Source: Eledone cirrhosa
Taxonomy: Eukaryota
NCBI GenBank assembly: GCA_964016885.1
Contig: OZ024751.1
Coordinates: 5,580,001 to 5,644,000 of the forward strand
Length of the DNA: 64,000 nucleotides
Direction of reading: 5' to 3'
This document shows positions 1 to 13,484 of this stretch, one piece after another. How positions within the stretch are numbered: position 1 is the stretch's first letter; each line of letters starts with the position of its first letter. The notes under the pieces were generated by a model. It did no database searches, was not told the DNA's origin, and saw nothing but the letters and a program-made list of their open reading frames with translations. A program made the translations under genes and the position numbers.

Positions 1-65
1 GGTATTGTAAAGGTAGGGTGAGGGAGATAGTGAGATAGGTGTGAAGGAGAGATAGATAGATAGGT

Positions 66-125
<60 letters not shown>

Positions 126-270
126 AGAGAGAAAGAGAGAGAGGAGCGAGTGAAAGAGATAGTAATAGAAAGAGCTAAGGTGAATATTGAGATGTAGAGA
201 AAGAAAGAGCGATTGGAGGAGAAATAGAGATGAAAAGAGCTAGCAATTGATGTAGAGAGTGAGAAAGAAA

Positions 271-710
271 GAGCTACTGAGCGAGATAGAGGGATAGAGA
301 GCTAAGAAGAGCTACTGAGCGAGATAGAGGTATAGAGAGCTAAGAAGAGTTACTGAGCGAGATAGAGGGATAGAGAGCTAAGAAGAGCTACTGAGCAAGA
401 TAGAGGGATAGAGAGCTAAGAAGAGTTACTGAGCGAGATAGAGGGATAGAGAGCTAAGAAGAGCTGATGAGCGAGATAGAGGTATAGAGAGCTAAGAAGA
501 GCTACTGAGCAAGATAGAGGGATAGAGAGCTAAGAAGAGCTACTGAGCAAGATAGAGGGATAGAGAGCTAAGAAGAGTTACTGAGCGAGATAGAGGGATA
601 GAGAGCTAAGAAGAGCTACTGAGCGAGATAGAATTATAGAGAGCTAAGAAGAGCTACTGAGCGAGATAGAATTATAGAGAGCTAAGAAGAGCTACTGAGC
701 GAGATAGTGA
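271..710 (+). repeat. 38-bp purine-rich minisatellite (about 11.5 copies) in a GA-rich region
   Basis: Unit GAGCTACTGAGCGAGATAGAGGGATAGAGAGCTAAGAA recurs at 271, 309 ... 651, 689; degenerate flanks extend to about 1100. Confidence 0.9.
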
Positions 711-1517
711 GTTAGGGAACTAGAAAGAGCTAGTGAGTAAGATAGAGAGATAGAGAGCTATAACAAGCTATTGAGCTAGAAAGAGAGTTATAGAGCTAGA
801 TAGTGAGAGAGGGAGATGAAAGGAATTAGTGAATGAAATAGAGAGCTAGAAAGAGCCCCTGAGCGAGCTAGAGACCTAGAAAGAGCTATTGAGCGAGATA
901 GAGAGCTAGAGAGATAGAGAGATAGAGAGCGAGCTAGAGAGCTAGAAAGAGTTAGTGAGAGAGATATAGTAGAGAGATAGAGAGATAGAGAGCTAGACCA
1001 GATATTGGGCGCGATAGAGAGCTAGAGAACAAGAGAGTTAGTAATAGCTAGTAAGATAGAGAGCTAGAAAGTGTTAGTGAGTGAGATAGTAAGATAAATA
1101 GATAGAAAGAGTCTGCTTTTATCACATCGGTGTAGACAATAATGAAGTACTGGTCACGTAATATGTTCGATTAATTCGGATGTATTTATTGTCGTATGTC
1201 ATCGTAAAAATAGACAAAAAAAAGGTAATGATGTCTCTATTTGCCACAAGGGCAATACAAATACAAATAGATAAAAACATTGAAATAAATTATGCAGCAT
1301 GAAACATTTAAAGGTGAACCTAAACCAAGAATATATAAAGGAGGACATAGAAAATATATAACACTTTATACTTCTCTCTCTCATTACTTCTGCACAGACA
1401 CACACACGCACACATATATATATGTATGTAGGAAAGTTTTCAAGCGTTAAGCATTGATGGGTTATCGGTTGGCAAATCTATGTACAGGAGAAATTCTCTT
1501 TGTACACCAATATTCAC

Positions 1518-1582
<65 letters not shown>

Positions 1583-2454
1583 GTGTGTATAAATGGCTGT
1601 TCTGGAAGCGTCTACAATGCAGATGGGTTAATCTTCGAGTAACACAGTCTGGTGGCAGTAGGAAGAAAGAAGAGAAATGTAGAATGAGATGTAAAAAGAG
1701 ACATAAAGGGGAATAGAAAGAAAACCAGAGCTGGAGTCTACCTTGGAAAAGATGCATTGGTCCCTATATTTCGGATTTCACATCCATCGTGGGGGTGGGG
1801 ATCTGAAGGGGCAGGGAATAATGTGTGGCTGTCTTTATCATGCCGTTTGCATACACTTAATTGATATAGTGCGTCAGAGACTATTTACTATAAGGCGCGC
1901 GAAGCTTATTGAATATAATGGTCCAGCTTCGGTCGTTTCCTCAATAATCAATTAAGTTCGCATTATTAAAATTCAAACCCAACCGCTTAGAGTGTACATA
2001 TACGTTAATATGTGAGGAAGACGATTTAATGTGGGAAATATAATTGAGATATCTGGACCGTTGCATCAGTTTCTACGGTTCTGATCTGCTGGAAGATTTT
2101 CGAGTGTAACATAAGCAGTGTCTGGGTCAATGTGTGATCCGCGTATGATTTGTGCGAATTTTTAGGGTGTGTGTGGTTTGTTTGGCAGAAGTCATGGGTA
2201 CAGGTTAGTGCCCAGTTTGGGGGAAATTTCCTGAATGTGAGTAAACTAGCTTGCGCAATAACGGTCTATTACGTATATTTACGTATATATATATATATAT
2301 ATAGTTATGCTTTGGGAGGGTCATGTTGGCAATAAGAAACACACGCACTAGTTGTTTTCACTCCAATTTATTATAAATTTAATTTATAAATTTAAGAATT
2401 TATAAATTTTCGGTTGGTTGGTTGGTTTCATAACCGGACGGTTGGTCATATATT

Positions 2455-2497
2455 GTCAAAGTTCTTTCGTCACACATTATGTGACCTCTTCAGTGAC
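2455..2497 (-). ncRNA. Type I hammerhead ribozyme motif in inverted pLTR
   Basis: Reverse strand reads gtca CTGAAGA g gtcaca taatg tgtgac GAAA gaac TT tgac. Confidence 0.7.
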
Positions 2498-2624
2498 TGG
2501 AGATTATTTTATTTGTTTTTGTGCCTCTCCTTTGTTCTGTCCTACGCCATCTTGTTTTTGTGTGTGTTGCGCGCTTAGTTTGCGCATGTGTTACATCCGG
2601 GTGTCTGTGTGTGTTTATATTTGT

Positions 2625-2957
2625 TTATTTATCTGCAATCAGTATGTTGATTTTGGTGTGATCCGAAACAGCTGAGTTTTGGTGGATCAGATATTTGGAA
2701 GTCATGGGTTTGGCATAATGGGAATGGAGGATTTGTGTTTTGTTATTAATGGTTTCTAACCAGAGCTCTGTGTCTAGTACAGGTAATCGATGGTTGGGGT
2801 ATTTGCTTGGATAGTCTATAGTAACTCTAATACTCTGGTGGATGGAGTTAGCTATTTGCTGGATACTTTCCATGGTCCTTTTCTCTAATTCCTGACTGTT
2901 CTCTAGTGGGGATGTTTTTACTACAATGTTTATATCATCAACGTAGCGGGAGTACAT
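2625..2957 (-). pseudogene. Inverted PLE reverse transcriptase fragment
   Basis: YSRYVDDINIV...LPVLDTELW...HYAKPM, closely similar to ORF 28248-29528. Confidence 0.85.
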
Positions 2958-2969
2958 TATCAGGGTTAA

Positions 2970-3780
2970 GAGGTGATTTGGTACGGGTGATGAGAAACGT
3001 GCCCCGCATGTGCAACCCCAAAGAACTAGAGAGACACATACAACACTTCATCCACCGTATGCAGTTCTCTGGTTACAATCAGAGAGATAAAATCAGAGTA
3101 TATAGAGGAGCCAGAACCAAATGGGAAAAAATGGTAAATAATGATACAAATGGGACCTGCCCCTTGTATAGGAGCAACTTTTGGAATAAAATAGAAAGAA
3201 CTAAGAATAAGGTTAATAGAATAAACTCATGGTATGATAGCAATAAATACCATAGTGTAATGTTAATCAATACAACCCCTACAGGTAAATTAGGTTACAA
3301 ACTTAGAAGGGCCCTAGATAAACATAAACTCAATATTAAGATAGTAGAAAGACCAGGTACCTCCGTAAAAACACTTATTAGCAATACATACCCTTTTCAA
3401 AGACCTCCCTGTATAGATAAGAAATGCATAATCTGAAAACTAAACCCCCATATTAACTGTAAAACTAAAAATGTAGTGTATAGCATAAGATGTACTGAAG
3501 GACAATGTAAAGATAAGAATATAGTGTACATAGGTGAGACGGCTCGTAGTATAGGAGAACGGTTAAATGAACTCTGGCGAGAAATTCAAAATAAAAAAGA
3601 ATCATCAATACTCCACCAACATGCTAAAATAGAACATAAGGGCACATTAGAGAAATAAAAATAGAATCTACACACAGAAAAGACGCAATGTTTAGACAAA
3701 TCATAGAGGCAATATACATAAATGAACTCCAACCAAAATTAAATAGAAAACATGAATTGAATCAACATCACAACTTACAA
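2970..3780 (+). pseudogene. PLE RT thumb, zinc knuckle and GIY-YIG endonuclease; in-frame TGA at 3434 and a frameshift near 3655
   Basis: DLVRVMRNV...RMQFSGY...CIDKKCII*KLNPHINCKTKNVVYSIRC...YIGETARSIGER, collinear with 27735-28570. Confidence 0.85.
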
Positions 3781-3982
3781 TTAAGGACAAAATGAAAACA
3801 CACACACTCATAGAACAAACAACCAACCAGTAACATGTAAATAAACAAATAAATAATCAAATATAAACACACACAGACACCCGGATGTAACACGTGCGCA
3901 AACTAAGCACGCAACACACACAAAAACAAGATGGCGTACGACAGAACAAAGGAGAGATACAAAAACAAAGAAAAGAATCCCA

Positions 3983-4025
3983 GTCACTGAAGAGATCACA
4001 TAATGTGTGACGAAAGAACTTTGAC
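3983..4025 (+). ncRNA. Type I hammerhead ribozyme motif in 3' pLTR
   Basis: gtca CTGAAGA gatcaca taatg tgtgac GAAA gaac TT tgac; stem I gtca/tgac; minimal stem III. Confidence 0.7.
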
Positions 4026-4218
4026 AATATATGAACAACCGTCCGGTTTTGGAACCAATCAACCAACCGGAAATTTTTTAATTTAATTTAATTTATAATA
4101 AATTGGAGTGAAAAGATCTGGTGCGTGTGTTTCTTATTAGCAACATGACCCACCCAAAGCATAACACTATCGGTTTCAACACACCTTTTCAGATAAAGAA
4201 TCTAAACAAATTCAGAAA

Positions 4219-4298
<80 letters not shown>

Positions 4299-4986
4299 GT
4301 ATTATACTCTTGGATCGCCAGACATGAATTTTCCCGATATAAAGTATGACTTTATTTATTTTTCTCATATGAATATTGATTGTTTGTTCCTGTATCTCAT
4401 ATTTGTTATTTTGCCTGAGAAAATATCTCTACGTGTCCTTAAACAATGCATACATATATTTATTTTTTCACATCCAATTGAGTTCTTCACACGAGGCTTG
4501 AATTCTTAACAGGGTTCAATGACCTGCATGTACATTATTTAATTTTCCCGATGACCTCCCCCTTCCATTTTGGGACAGTGTGAGATTTTCTTTAGAACTA
4601 CTGGATATACAAACTAGGCAACACTTTCTAGCACTGATGGAGATTATCGCTAAATATTAATGTTGATTTAGTTATTAATATTGAGATTGTTGGGCACCCA
4701 CTGAAGATTTATAAGAGCCTACTTGCATGGGAATCCATTGATCTTATGCAAGCTTCTATATAACTCGGTAAAATTTCACCCACCATGTAGAAATCTTATA
4801 ATGAAACGATCGTATAGGGAATGAGATTTTAATATATCTCATATAATAATACAGCCGATTATCCACATAATACAATATAGTTAGCAGTCCTAACGTTTAA
4901 TTGGGAATATACTCCCGTATTTCCTAATGTTTCTTGAGTGAGTTGGAAATTGGTCGGAGTATCGCTAATAGCTTTTTCCGTTTATG

Positions 4987-5029
<43 letters not shown>

Positions 5030-5153
5030 CTGAAACCGAAGTCACTGTCAGTTTCTAATTCAGTAAATAAATGTTATACACCACTCATATGAATTGAGTG
5101 CTCAATAAGTTGTTTGAATGATTTTACTTTTATTAAAATCAAATATATAGTAA

Positions 5154-5199
<46 letters not shown>

Positions 5200-5250
5200 G
5201 TGAAAGCGTGAAGAATAACATGGTAGGCTGTACATAAAAAGTTTTATTTA

Positions 5251-5365
5251 CAGTATTAACAATTGTTTCATTGATGAGGTGAGTCTAAAGGCCGCTGATC
5301 ACTCGAAATTGTGTCACTCGACCTTAAATACAGTGTGCGTCCCTGATCAATTCATCGGAATACTG
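5251..5365 (-). ncRNA. Type I HHR with CCGAUGA core and long stem II
   Basis: Reverse strand reads cagtatt CCGATGA attgatcagg...cctcatcaat GAAA caattg TT aatactg. The + copy at 6266-6373 has lost the 5' strand of stem I. Confidence 0.75.
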
Positions 5366-5547
5366 GAGGGTGTAACACATGGCATTGGTATTTATAGATA
5401 CATCGGAGAATGAAGTGAATGAAAACAATAACATCAATAATAAAAGTATAAAGAGGTAACAATGAAAATGATAAATATGTAAAAAATAAGTAAAAATAAG
5501 TACAAAATACAATTTCTGATAATTGTAGTAGTGGTCGTGGAAGTTAT

Positions 5548-5738
5548 AATTGTTTCTACTTTTTGGCACAAGGCCAGCAATTAACCAGTGTATTACTGGT
5601 ACTTTATTTTATCGACCCCATAAGGATGAAAGGCAAAGTTAACTTCGGCGGGATTTGAAATCAGAATGGCAAGGACCGTAACTCTATGGCTCAAAGCATG
5701 GCGACCGATCCTCTACCGATACTGCCAATCCACCGCCA
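5548..5738 (-). mobile_element. tRNA-derived SINE (octopus OK-like, Nin/Deu-domain type)
   Basis: GGCGGTGGATTGGCAG head, B-box-like TTCAAATC, CTTTGCCTTTCATCC...GGGGTCGATAAA core; flanked by a duplicated GAAGTTATAAT. Confidence 0.8.
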
Positions 5739-6585
5739 GTTGAAGTTATAATGGTAAGTAGATGTGTAAAATAGTGATAACAGTAATGATAACAATAACA
5801 TGAAAAGTCTATCTGCGGCTTCCCCGTCCTTAGTCCTACACTTTATCGCTCTTCCTCCAATTCGTATTCTTATTCTCTGTCCCCTGTTCCTTATCTCTTT
5901 CTCTCTTACTTTTAATTTTTATTTAATCCTCTGATTTTTTACTGTACCTCTTGCATTTTTATTTCACCTATTTATGAACTCAATACACTATATATCATAT
6001 ATATCAGTTCTTTTCATGTTATTGTCATCATTACTGTCATCACTATTTTACACATCTACTTACGCACCATTATAACCTCAACTACGACCACCACTACTAC
6101 TATTATCAGTAATCATATTTTCTACTTATTTTTTACATCTTTATCATTTTCATTTTTACTTCTTTATACTTTTAGTATTGTTTATTATCTTTTATTATTG
6201 ATGTTATTGTTTACATTCACTTGATTCTCTGATGTATCTATAAATACCAATGCCTTGTGTTACACCCGATGAATTGATCAGAGACACACACTGTATTTAA
6301 GGTCGAGTGACGCACTTTCTAGTGATCAGCGGCCTTTAGACTCACCTGATCAATGAAACAATTGTTAATACTGTAAATAAAAGCCTTTTTGTACAGCCAA
6401 CCATGTTATTCTTCACGCTTTCACTACTATTACTCCAAGAATGACCTGCATGGAAATTCTCGCATACTTGCTACCCAACTAAGGAAACCTCTTGTTGAGT
6501 CAAACAACGCCGTACGTTAAAACTATCCATAGTACAGAGTACACACAACCTCTAACTGGTTTACCTAAAACGATAACTTGTTATC

Positions 6586-6653
<68 letters not shown>

Positions 6654-6703
6654 CTCTTTCGAATGAAACAGTTGTAGTCTCTTGTAGAAGCCCTTTCTAT
6701 ATT

Positions 6704-6743
<40 letters not shown>

Positions 6744-6770
6744 TGGTTACACAACAGTTAGTTCACCATA

Positions 6771-6810
6771 CCGAGAACAATTGTTTCACCTTCGCGGATC
6801 TTCAGCTCGG
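6771..6810 (-). ncRNA. Minimal type I HHR
   Basis: Reverse strand reads ccgag CTGAAGA t cc gcgaa gg t GAAA caattg TT ctcgg. Confidence 0.8.
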
Positions 6811-7580
6811 GATGTGTATGGTTATAGGAACAGGAAAGACAACCGTACGAACGCGCATGCGCAGAAACTCGGTCACTTCACACAGGCACTACTAGACTGC
6901 GTGCTGGAGGTGTAAGGGAGATAACTGCGAAAGCTCGGAAAGTTTTTAGGTTGAAAATAAAATTAAAAAAATTTAAACATAAAATTACAAAGAATCAGTC
7001 CGGCGTCTTGTAGTTATGTAATAGATGTTTGGAGACGTGTGGACAACGTTTGAAAAATTCACTTCTCGTGTTTAGGCAATCACTTGCAATACGCAAGGGG
7101 AAATCCGACGTGTCGCTTATGTATTGATGAACGAATAACTATCATCCACGAAACTCGCGAGCCATGTATGGTCCCTCAAGGACACAAGTATAGGCTACGC
7201 CATTCAATGGAAAGCCATCACTAAGTCCAAGCCATACGCAAGGGGAAATCCGACGTGTGGCTTATGTATTGACGAACTAATAACTACCTAAAGAGATTAC
7301 GCAATAGTGATTGCCTAAACACGAGAAGTGAATTTTTCACACGTTGTCCACACGTCTCCAAACATCTATTACATAACTACAAGACTCCGGACTGATTCTT
7401 TGTAATTTTATGTTTAAATTTTTTTAATTTTATTTTCAACCTAAAAACTTTCCGGACTTTCGCAGTTATCTCCCCTTACACATCCCGCACGCAGTCTAGT
7501 ATCGCCTGTGTGAAGTGACCGAGTTTCTGCGCATGCGCGTTCGTAGGGTTGTCCTTCCTGTTCCTATAATCATACACAAC

Positions 7581-7620
7581 CCGAGCTGAAGATCCGCGAA
7601 GGTGAAACAACTGTTCTCGG
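7581..7620 (+). ncRNA. Minimal type I HHR
   Basis: ccgag CTGAAGA tccgcgaaggt GAAA caactg TT ctcgg; stem I ccgag/ctcgg. Confidence 0.78.
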
Positions 7621-7714
7621 TATGGTGAACTAACTGTTGTGTAACCACTTCTACCTAACTCGTCCCTTGGACTGAGTGCTCTACCACTACAGATATTACC
7701 TTCCAGTGTTCCAC

Positions 7715-7754
<40 letters not shown>

Positions 7755-8220
7755 CGCTCATATGTATTGAGTGCTCAATAAGTTGTTTGAAAATGTTGTT
7801 TTTAAAAGAAAATCAAATATATAATTATATAATGACTTTAATGACTAAAACATATACAACTGCCTTATCAGTGTTTTAGGTAGAATAGGTTCAAGCTTAA
7901 TTGTATTGCCATTACGATATAACTCCATTCTACTCTGTATTCAACAACACACATGTAATCTGGGTAAAAATCAATAAAACAGCTTTTGATAATTGTTCTA
8001 ATGATTCTATGATGTTATTCTCTAATGATTAATGATATTACGTTATTCAATAAATACACCATTCGTTGCAGTATTTCTATTAGTAGATTCATTATTAGTG
8101 TTATGTTATTGTGTATTAGTAGAATCTATGAAGAGTGGAGGGTTAATTGGAGCCAGTCACCTTCACATCTCCATGTCTCTTATAAAATATAGTCATATAT
8201 ATATGTATACATCTAAATGA

Positions 8221-8291
<71 letters not shown>

Positions 8292-8382
8292 ATATGTATA
8301 TATATATATATATATATAGATAGATATATAGATCTCCATGTCTCCCAATTTCTCTCTCTGTCTCTTTCTCTCTCTCTCTCTT

Positions 8383-8469
<87 letters not shown>

Positions 8470-8854
8470 ATAGACTGCCATACATACCCATGCACGCACA
8501 GGCGCATACACATGAACCGATGTGTGAGCCCACAACTCTTCTTCATATACTATACACAGAGACATGCACATAAATACAATCATGCATGTATCTCTCTCAG
8601 GAGCGTAAACACACATTCCCACATTCTCCCACACACACACGGTCACACATATAAACCTACAAGCCCACACTAGTACAGACACAAACACATACACATCATC
8701 ATGCGATACCTGTTGCAACGTAGTTTGAAAATGTATTAAATAAAAGCACGGATGACGGAGTTTGGCTTTCAAGTGTAGTAAAATACGATCAATCTATCTG
8801 TAGAAAGCACACATCAAAATGTTTGAAACACCAAATGACACGTTAAATAATGCT

Positions 8855-8929
<75 letters not shown>

Positions 8930-8940
<11 letters not shown>

Positions 8941-9041
8941 CAGAGTTATATATATATACAGACATATATATATATACATATATTTTTTAACTAATCTTAA
9001 CACACACAGATATTTATATATACTTTTTAACTTATCTTAAT

Positions 9042-9128
<87 letters not shown>

Positions 9129-9273
9129 TATACATATATACATATATATATATACAGAGTTATGTATATATATACTTTTTAACTTATCTTAACACACACA
9201 CACACACTCACACACACACACATATATATATACAGACATATATATATATACATATACTTTTTAACTTATCTCA

Positions 9274-9308
<35 letters not shown>

Positions 9309-9372
9309 CATATATATACACACATATATATATATATATAATATATATATATACTTTTTAACTTATCTTAAT

Positions 9373-9445
<73 letters not shown>
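8930..9445 (+). repeat. Compound minisatellite: TACTTTTTAACTTATCTTAA motif alternating with (CA)n/(TA)n
   Basis: Motif recurs near 8985, 9021, 9173, 9254 and 9352. Confidence 0.75.
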
Positions 9446-9448
<3 letters not shown>

Positions 9449-9718
9449 CATTACTAAAGTGTCAAAGTCCTCTGAATGGTCGTTGAGGAAAATATAAACA
9501 TTAGTTTAGTTTGGAGAGTTTAAGATTAAAAGGAAGCAAAGGATAATGTAATTTACTATTGAATATCGTATGAGAGAATTTTCAATGAATATACAAATGT
9601 GGAGATAAAACGCGGTCGTGGGGCCCTAGAGAAATGTTAAATGTTTGCAATTTCATCTGCCCTTAACAGACATACACACATACATACAAACATACATACA
9701 TACAAACATTTATACATC

Positions 9719-9776
<58 letters not shown>

Positions 9777-9804
9777 CACATGAATATATATGTATATATA
9801 TATA

Positions 9805-9907
<103 letters not shown>

Positions 9908-10849
9908 ATATATATACATATACAATTATATTTAATTTAATTTTCTTCTTATTTAGTCTATTAGATTTATTTATTTTATACTATATATTATATATATTTT
10001 ACTATATATTATTTATTTTGTACTATATATTATTTATTTTTTACTATATATTATTCAGATTATTTATATTTTAAAATATTTTTTTCAGCATTCATATTAT
10101 TTACTGTCGAATGATTTCGACATTTCTAAAGTTTCATTCTGATGATATCCATATATCATTAAGGATTATTGATTTTATCTGCCTTGTATGTGTGCATGAG
10201 AGTGTGTGCATGAATGTGTGTGTCTCTGTATATATATGTGTGTGTTTGTGTGTGTATGTATATGTGTGTTTGTGTTTATGTCTGTGTAGCTCTGTACGTG
10301 TGTGAAATTGTGTATTCGTGTGTTTGTATAATACTATATATATGTGTGTGTCTGAATGTGTGTCTGAATGTATATATGTGTGCGTTTGTGTGTTTCTATA
10401 TATGTGTGTCAGGGTGTGTGTGTTTGTATTTATGTCTGGGTAGCTATATCTTTATGTATGCGTGTGTGTTTGTGTGGTTTTGTGGTTGTGTGTTTCTATA
10501 TATGTGTGTCTGAGTGTGCGTACGTGTGAATGTGTATATTTACGTACGAGTAGGTGTACATGTGTGTGTCTGTGTGTATGTAAGTATATATGTGTGTACG
10601 TGTACGTGTGTGTGTGTGCATGTGTTTAATACTAGGTTCGATGTTTTATTTAGATCACGATTTATTCATTGAAATTCAATCAGTCTCCAACAATTTTTAT
10701 ATTTTTTTATCATGCTTTCGTTTCTTAACTTTTTGTAATTTTTCTATATTCTGTGTTATATGTTGTAATCCTTTTATGAATAGGTACAAATGAAGTTGAG
10801 AGAAAGAAGCTACCGTTTATACGACGATGGTATATTACTGGTAAATAAT

Positions 10850-11252
10850 ATAGCAGACAGATTTTACGGGCAAAACCAACATGCGGGAGACGCAGGAGTA
10901 GATCCCGAGCAAGATGGTTGGATAACGACCATAGTATATTACTGGTACTTAATATAGCAAGACATTATGAATATTCGAATTATCTATATTAACCGATACT
11001 ATGGGCATGTGGTTAGATTGTCTCAAGAAAGAATTGGTGGACAGATTTTTACGGGCAAAACCAACTGGCAGGAGCCCTAGGGCTAAACCCCGAGCAAGAT
11101 GGTTGGATAACATTGGCTGGTCTCGCTTGGAGATCCAGCCGGATCAGTTGGAGACGGAATGGAAGGAATGTGTGAGGACTCTGCCCCTATGACCCTTTCA
11201 GGAATAAATGGTTGAAAAAAAAAAAGAAGAAGAAGAAGAAGAAGAAGAAGAA
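10850..11252 (+). mobile_element. RTE (Expander/Rex3-like) LINE 3' fragment with (GAA)n tail
   Basis: Encodes AKPTGRSPRAKPRARWLD; homologous to 17900-18160; ends in (GAA)n. Confidence 0.7.
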
Positions 11253-11519
11253 TCCAGAGAGGCATAGATTTAGTGGAAGGCGGGAATAATAGAGTATTTT
11301 ACCTAGTATTTAACTGGTATTTCAGTTCTTACTCCCATAATGTCTGTACACATAAACAAAGAATATAAAGGGCCATAATTAAAGATTGTAAATCATTTGT
11401 TTCCTAAATTTTTCAATCCACAACTGACTAATTAAGGGATGCTGACGCTGGTAAAAGTTGGAATACATTCCATCACAGTTATAGTCGACCAGCATTTAGA
11501 AAAGTCAGTCTAGAGTCTG

Positions 11520-11800
11520 TCTCGAGTCAAGAGGCTCATCAGGCCGGTACTTATCTCGGTTTTCGTGGCGTGAAGCAACTGAGAGTAGAAGACTACGCCC
11601 TACCCTTGGATAGGACACCAGTCCATCTCAGGGTTAAATTCCCAGCTATTGCTGGTACTCATTTTCAGCTGAGTATACTGGAGCAAAAGAAATGAAGTGT
11701 TTTGCTCAAGAACACAACGAATAACCTAGTCCAGGAATCGAACCCATGACGTTATAATTATACATCCAACACAAATACTACTAGACCACGTGACTCCAAC
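11520..11800 (-). mobile_element. tRNA-derived CORE-like SINE (OR-like)
   Basis: Reverse strand has a GGTTCGATTCC B-box followed by GTTCTTGAGCAAAACACTTCATTTC...CTCAGCTG; related to 60265-60450. Confidence 0.65.
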
Positions 11801-12073
11801 ACTAACGTAGGGCTAAATAACAACAACAACAACAAATAGAGCAAGTGAACTATGAAGTTTCGTCAATGTCATGTTTGTTTAATCTGCTAGAAATATCTTC
11901 CAATCTCATTTATGCCTAAAACAAAACAACGGCACATCGGATAGTATAGTCCTAGGTACACGGTGTAGAATATAGACAGAAAAGGACTCAGGCTGGTCAC
12001 GACAGGAATGTCTTTTGTTATATTTATTCTAGATCAATTGTGAGCTGAGGCGAATCATCATCAGCAACAGGAT

Positions 12074-12129
<56 letters not shown>

Positions 12130-12189
12130 GTTACTACTGCTGCTACTGCTGCTGCTGCTACTACTACTACTATACTAATATAAATATGA

Positions 12190-12757
12190 AACATTTTGAA
12201 GGCTTTTCACTATGAATTTCAAGGTAGTGACAAAAGCAGGGGCAAGTAATCGACGATGACACCGTTGCTCATTCATAAGTGGTTGTCAAGACTACACATC
12301 GCCTCGCCTTTGCTGAAGCTAAAATTCATAACGAAATGCCTTCAAAATGTTTTTTCATAAACAAATATAGAGAACGTACATTCATATGTTTATCGCTATC
12401 GCGGAGAACTGATTAACATTTCTAATTGACGCTGGGTCCGCTTCCGCTCCGTATGCAAACATATTTCATCAGCTCATAAACATCAGCTCATAAACATAAG
12501 CGGAATTCTGTAAGAATCCCGCTTAGTTTAGCTTCAGAAAAGGTGGGAAGATATGTAGTCTTGACAACCACTTATGAGTGAGAAACGGTGTCATCGTTGA
12601 TTACTTGCCTCTGCTTTTATTGAAGCTAGGTATGTGACGTCACTACCTTAACATTCATAGCGAAAGGCCTTCAAAATGTTTTTTTTCAGAAACATACCGT
12701 ATATTGTTAAATATACAGTACGTACATTCATATGTTTATTGCTATCACGGAGAACCA
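12190..12757. mobile_element. Degenerate fold-back element with decayed HHR-like motif
   Basis: 12190-12300 is inverted relative to 12550-12680; internal direct repeat 12325-12410 vs 12653-12756; CATAGC GAAA GGCC TT CAAAA motif. Confidence 0.55.
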
Positions 12758-13484
12758 ATACAAATATATAATTTATAGTGTATATAATATGATATAACAG
12801 TGAACCTTATATACTGTCAAAATACCTCATGTAGTTTTACTTATTATTTTGTCTTGAATTATTGGTTAAATTCATGTCAATATTATTTACACAAACTTTA
12901 TATCATTTGATGTATAAAGTTTTATCACGTGATAAGGTATCAATAAACTACGGAAGTAACATGTCTCTTAGCTTCTTCCTATATCTGAAGGAAGTAAAGA
13001 TCCGACTGAATTAGAGTTTGTCATCCATCCAATGAGTATTGATGAGGTATGTTGTATCAATAACATGCCGAGTCATTTCCTTTGCAGATTCATCGAAGTT
13101 TTCTCCTTCACTACTCTATCTCTCTTCCTTTTCCTCCCTCTGGTTTCTCTTTCCCTCTCTACATACGTGTATATATGTATTTAAATATGAACATATGTAT
13201 GCATGTATGTATGTATGTATGTATGTATGTATGTATGTATGTATGTATGTATGTATGTATGTATGTATGTATGTATGTACGTATGTATTCGTGTGTGATT
13301 ATGTGTGTATGTATGTAGGTATGTATTTATGTTTGCCTGCATGTATGTATGTACGCTTGTATGTATGCATATATGTAAGTATGCGTGTATGTATTTATTT
13401 ATGTGTGTGCGTGTGCTTGTATGTATGTGTGCGCGTATGTATGTAAGTATATATGTATGCACGCATGCATGTATGCATGTATGT

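Larger units (their letters stand above)
2300..4220 (+). mobile_element. 5'-truncated, rearranged Penelope-like element (Naiad-like) with inverted pseudo-LTR, flanked by (TA)n
   Basis: About 2300-2630 is the reverse complement of about 3850-4165. RT fragment on - strand (2625-2957, YSRYVDD). RT C-terminus, zinc knuckle and GIY-YIG (VYSIRC...YIGET) on + strand at about 2970-3780. Confidence 0.88.
5197..6590 (+). mobile_element. Non-coding fold-back element with HHR and 3' tail, between (TA)n tracts
   Basis: About 5197-5810 (excluding the inserted SINE) is the reverse complement of about 6010-6430; unique tail 6430-6590. Confidence 0.8.
6741..7718 (+). mobile_element. Fold-back PLE remnant (Hydra-like C-terminus) with HHRs, between (TA)n tracts
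   Basis: About 6741-7085 is inverted relative to about 7305-7650; tail to 7718. The right arm encodes CLNTRSEFFTRCPHVSKHLL, resembling the LLNKRQELIISCNHK end of ORF 45719-47026. Confidence 0.8.

Noticed and set aside
271-710. Regular 38-bp array as a CRISPR
   Set aside because: No unique spacers, no cas genes, eukaryotic context.
1830-2290. Possible decayed GIY-YIG remnant on the minus strand
   Set aside because: Only weak words (KSYADH, LGLN) in different frames; not supportable by eye.
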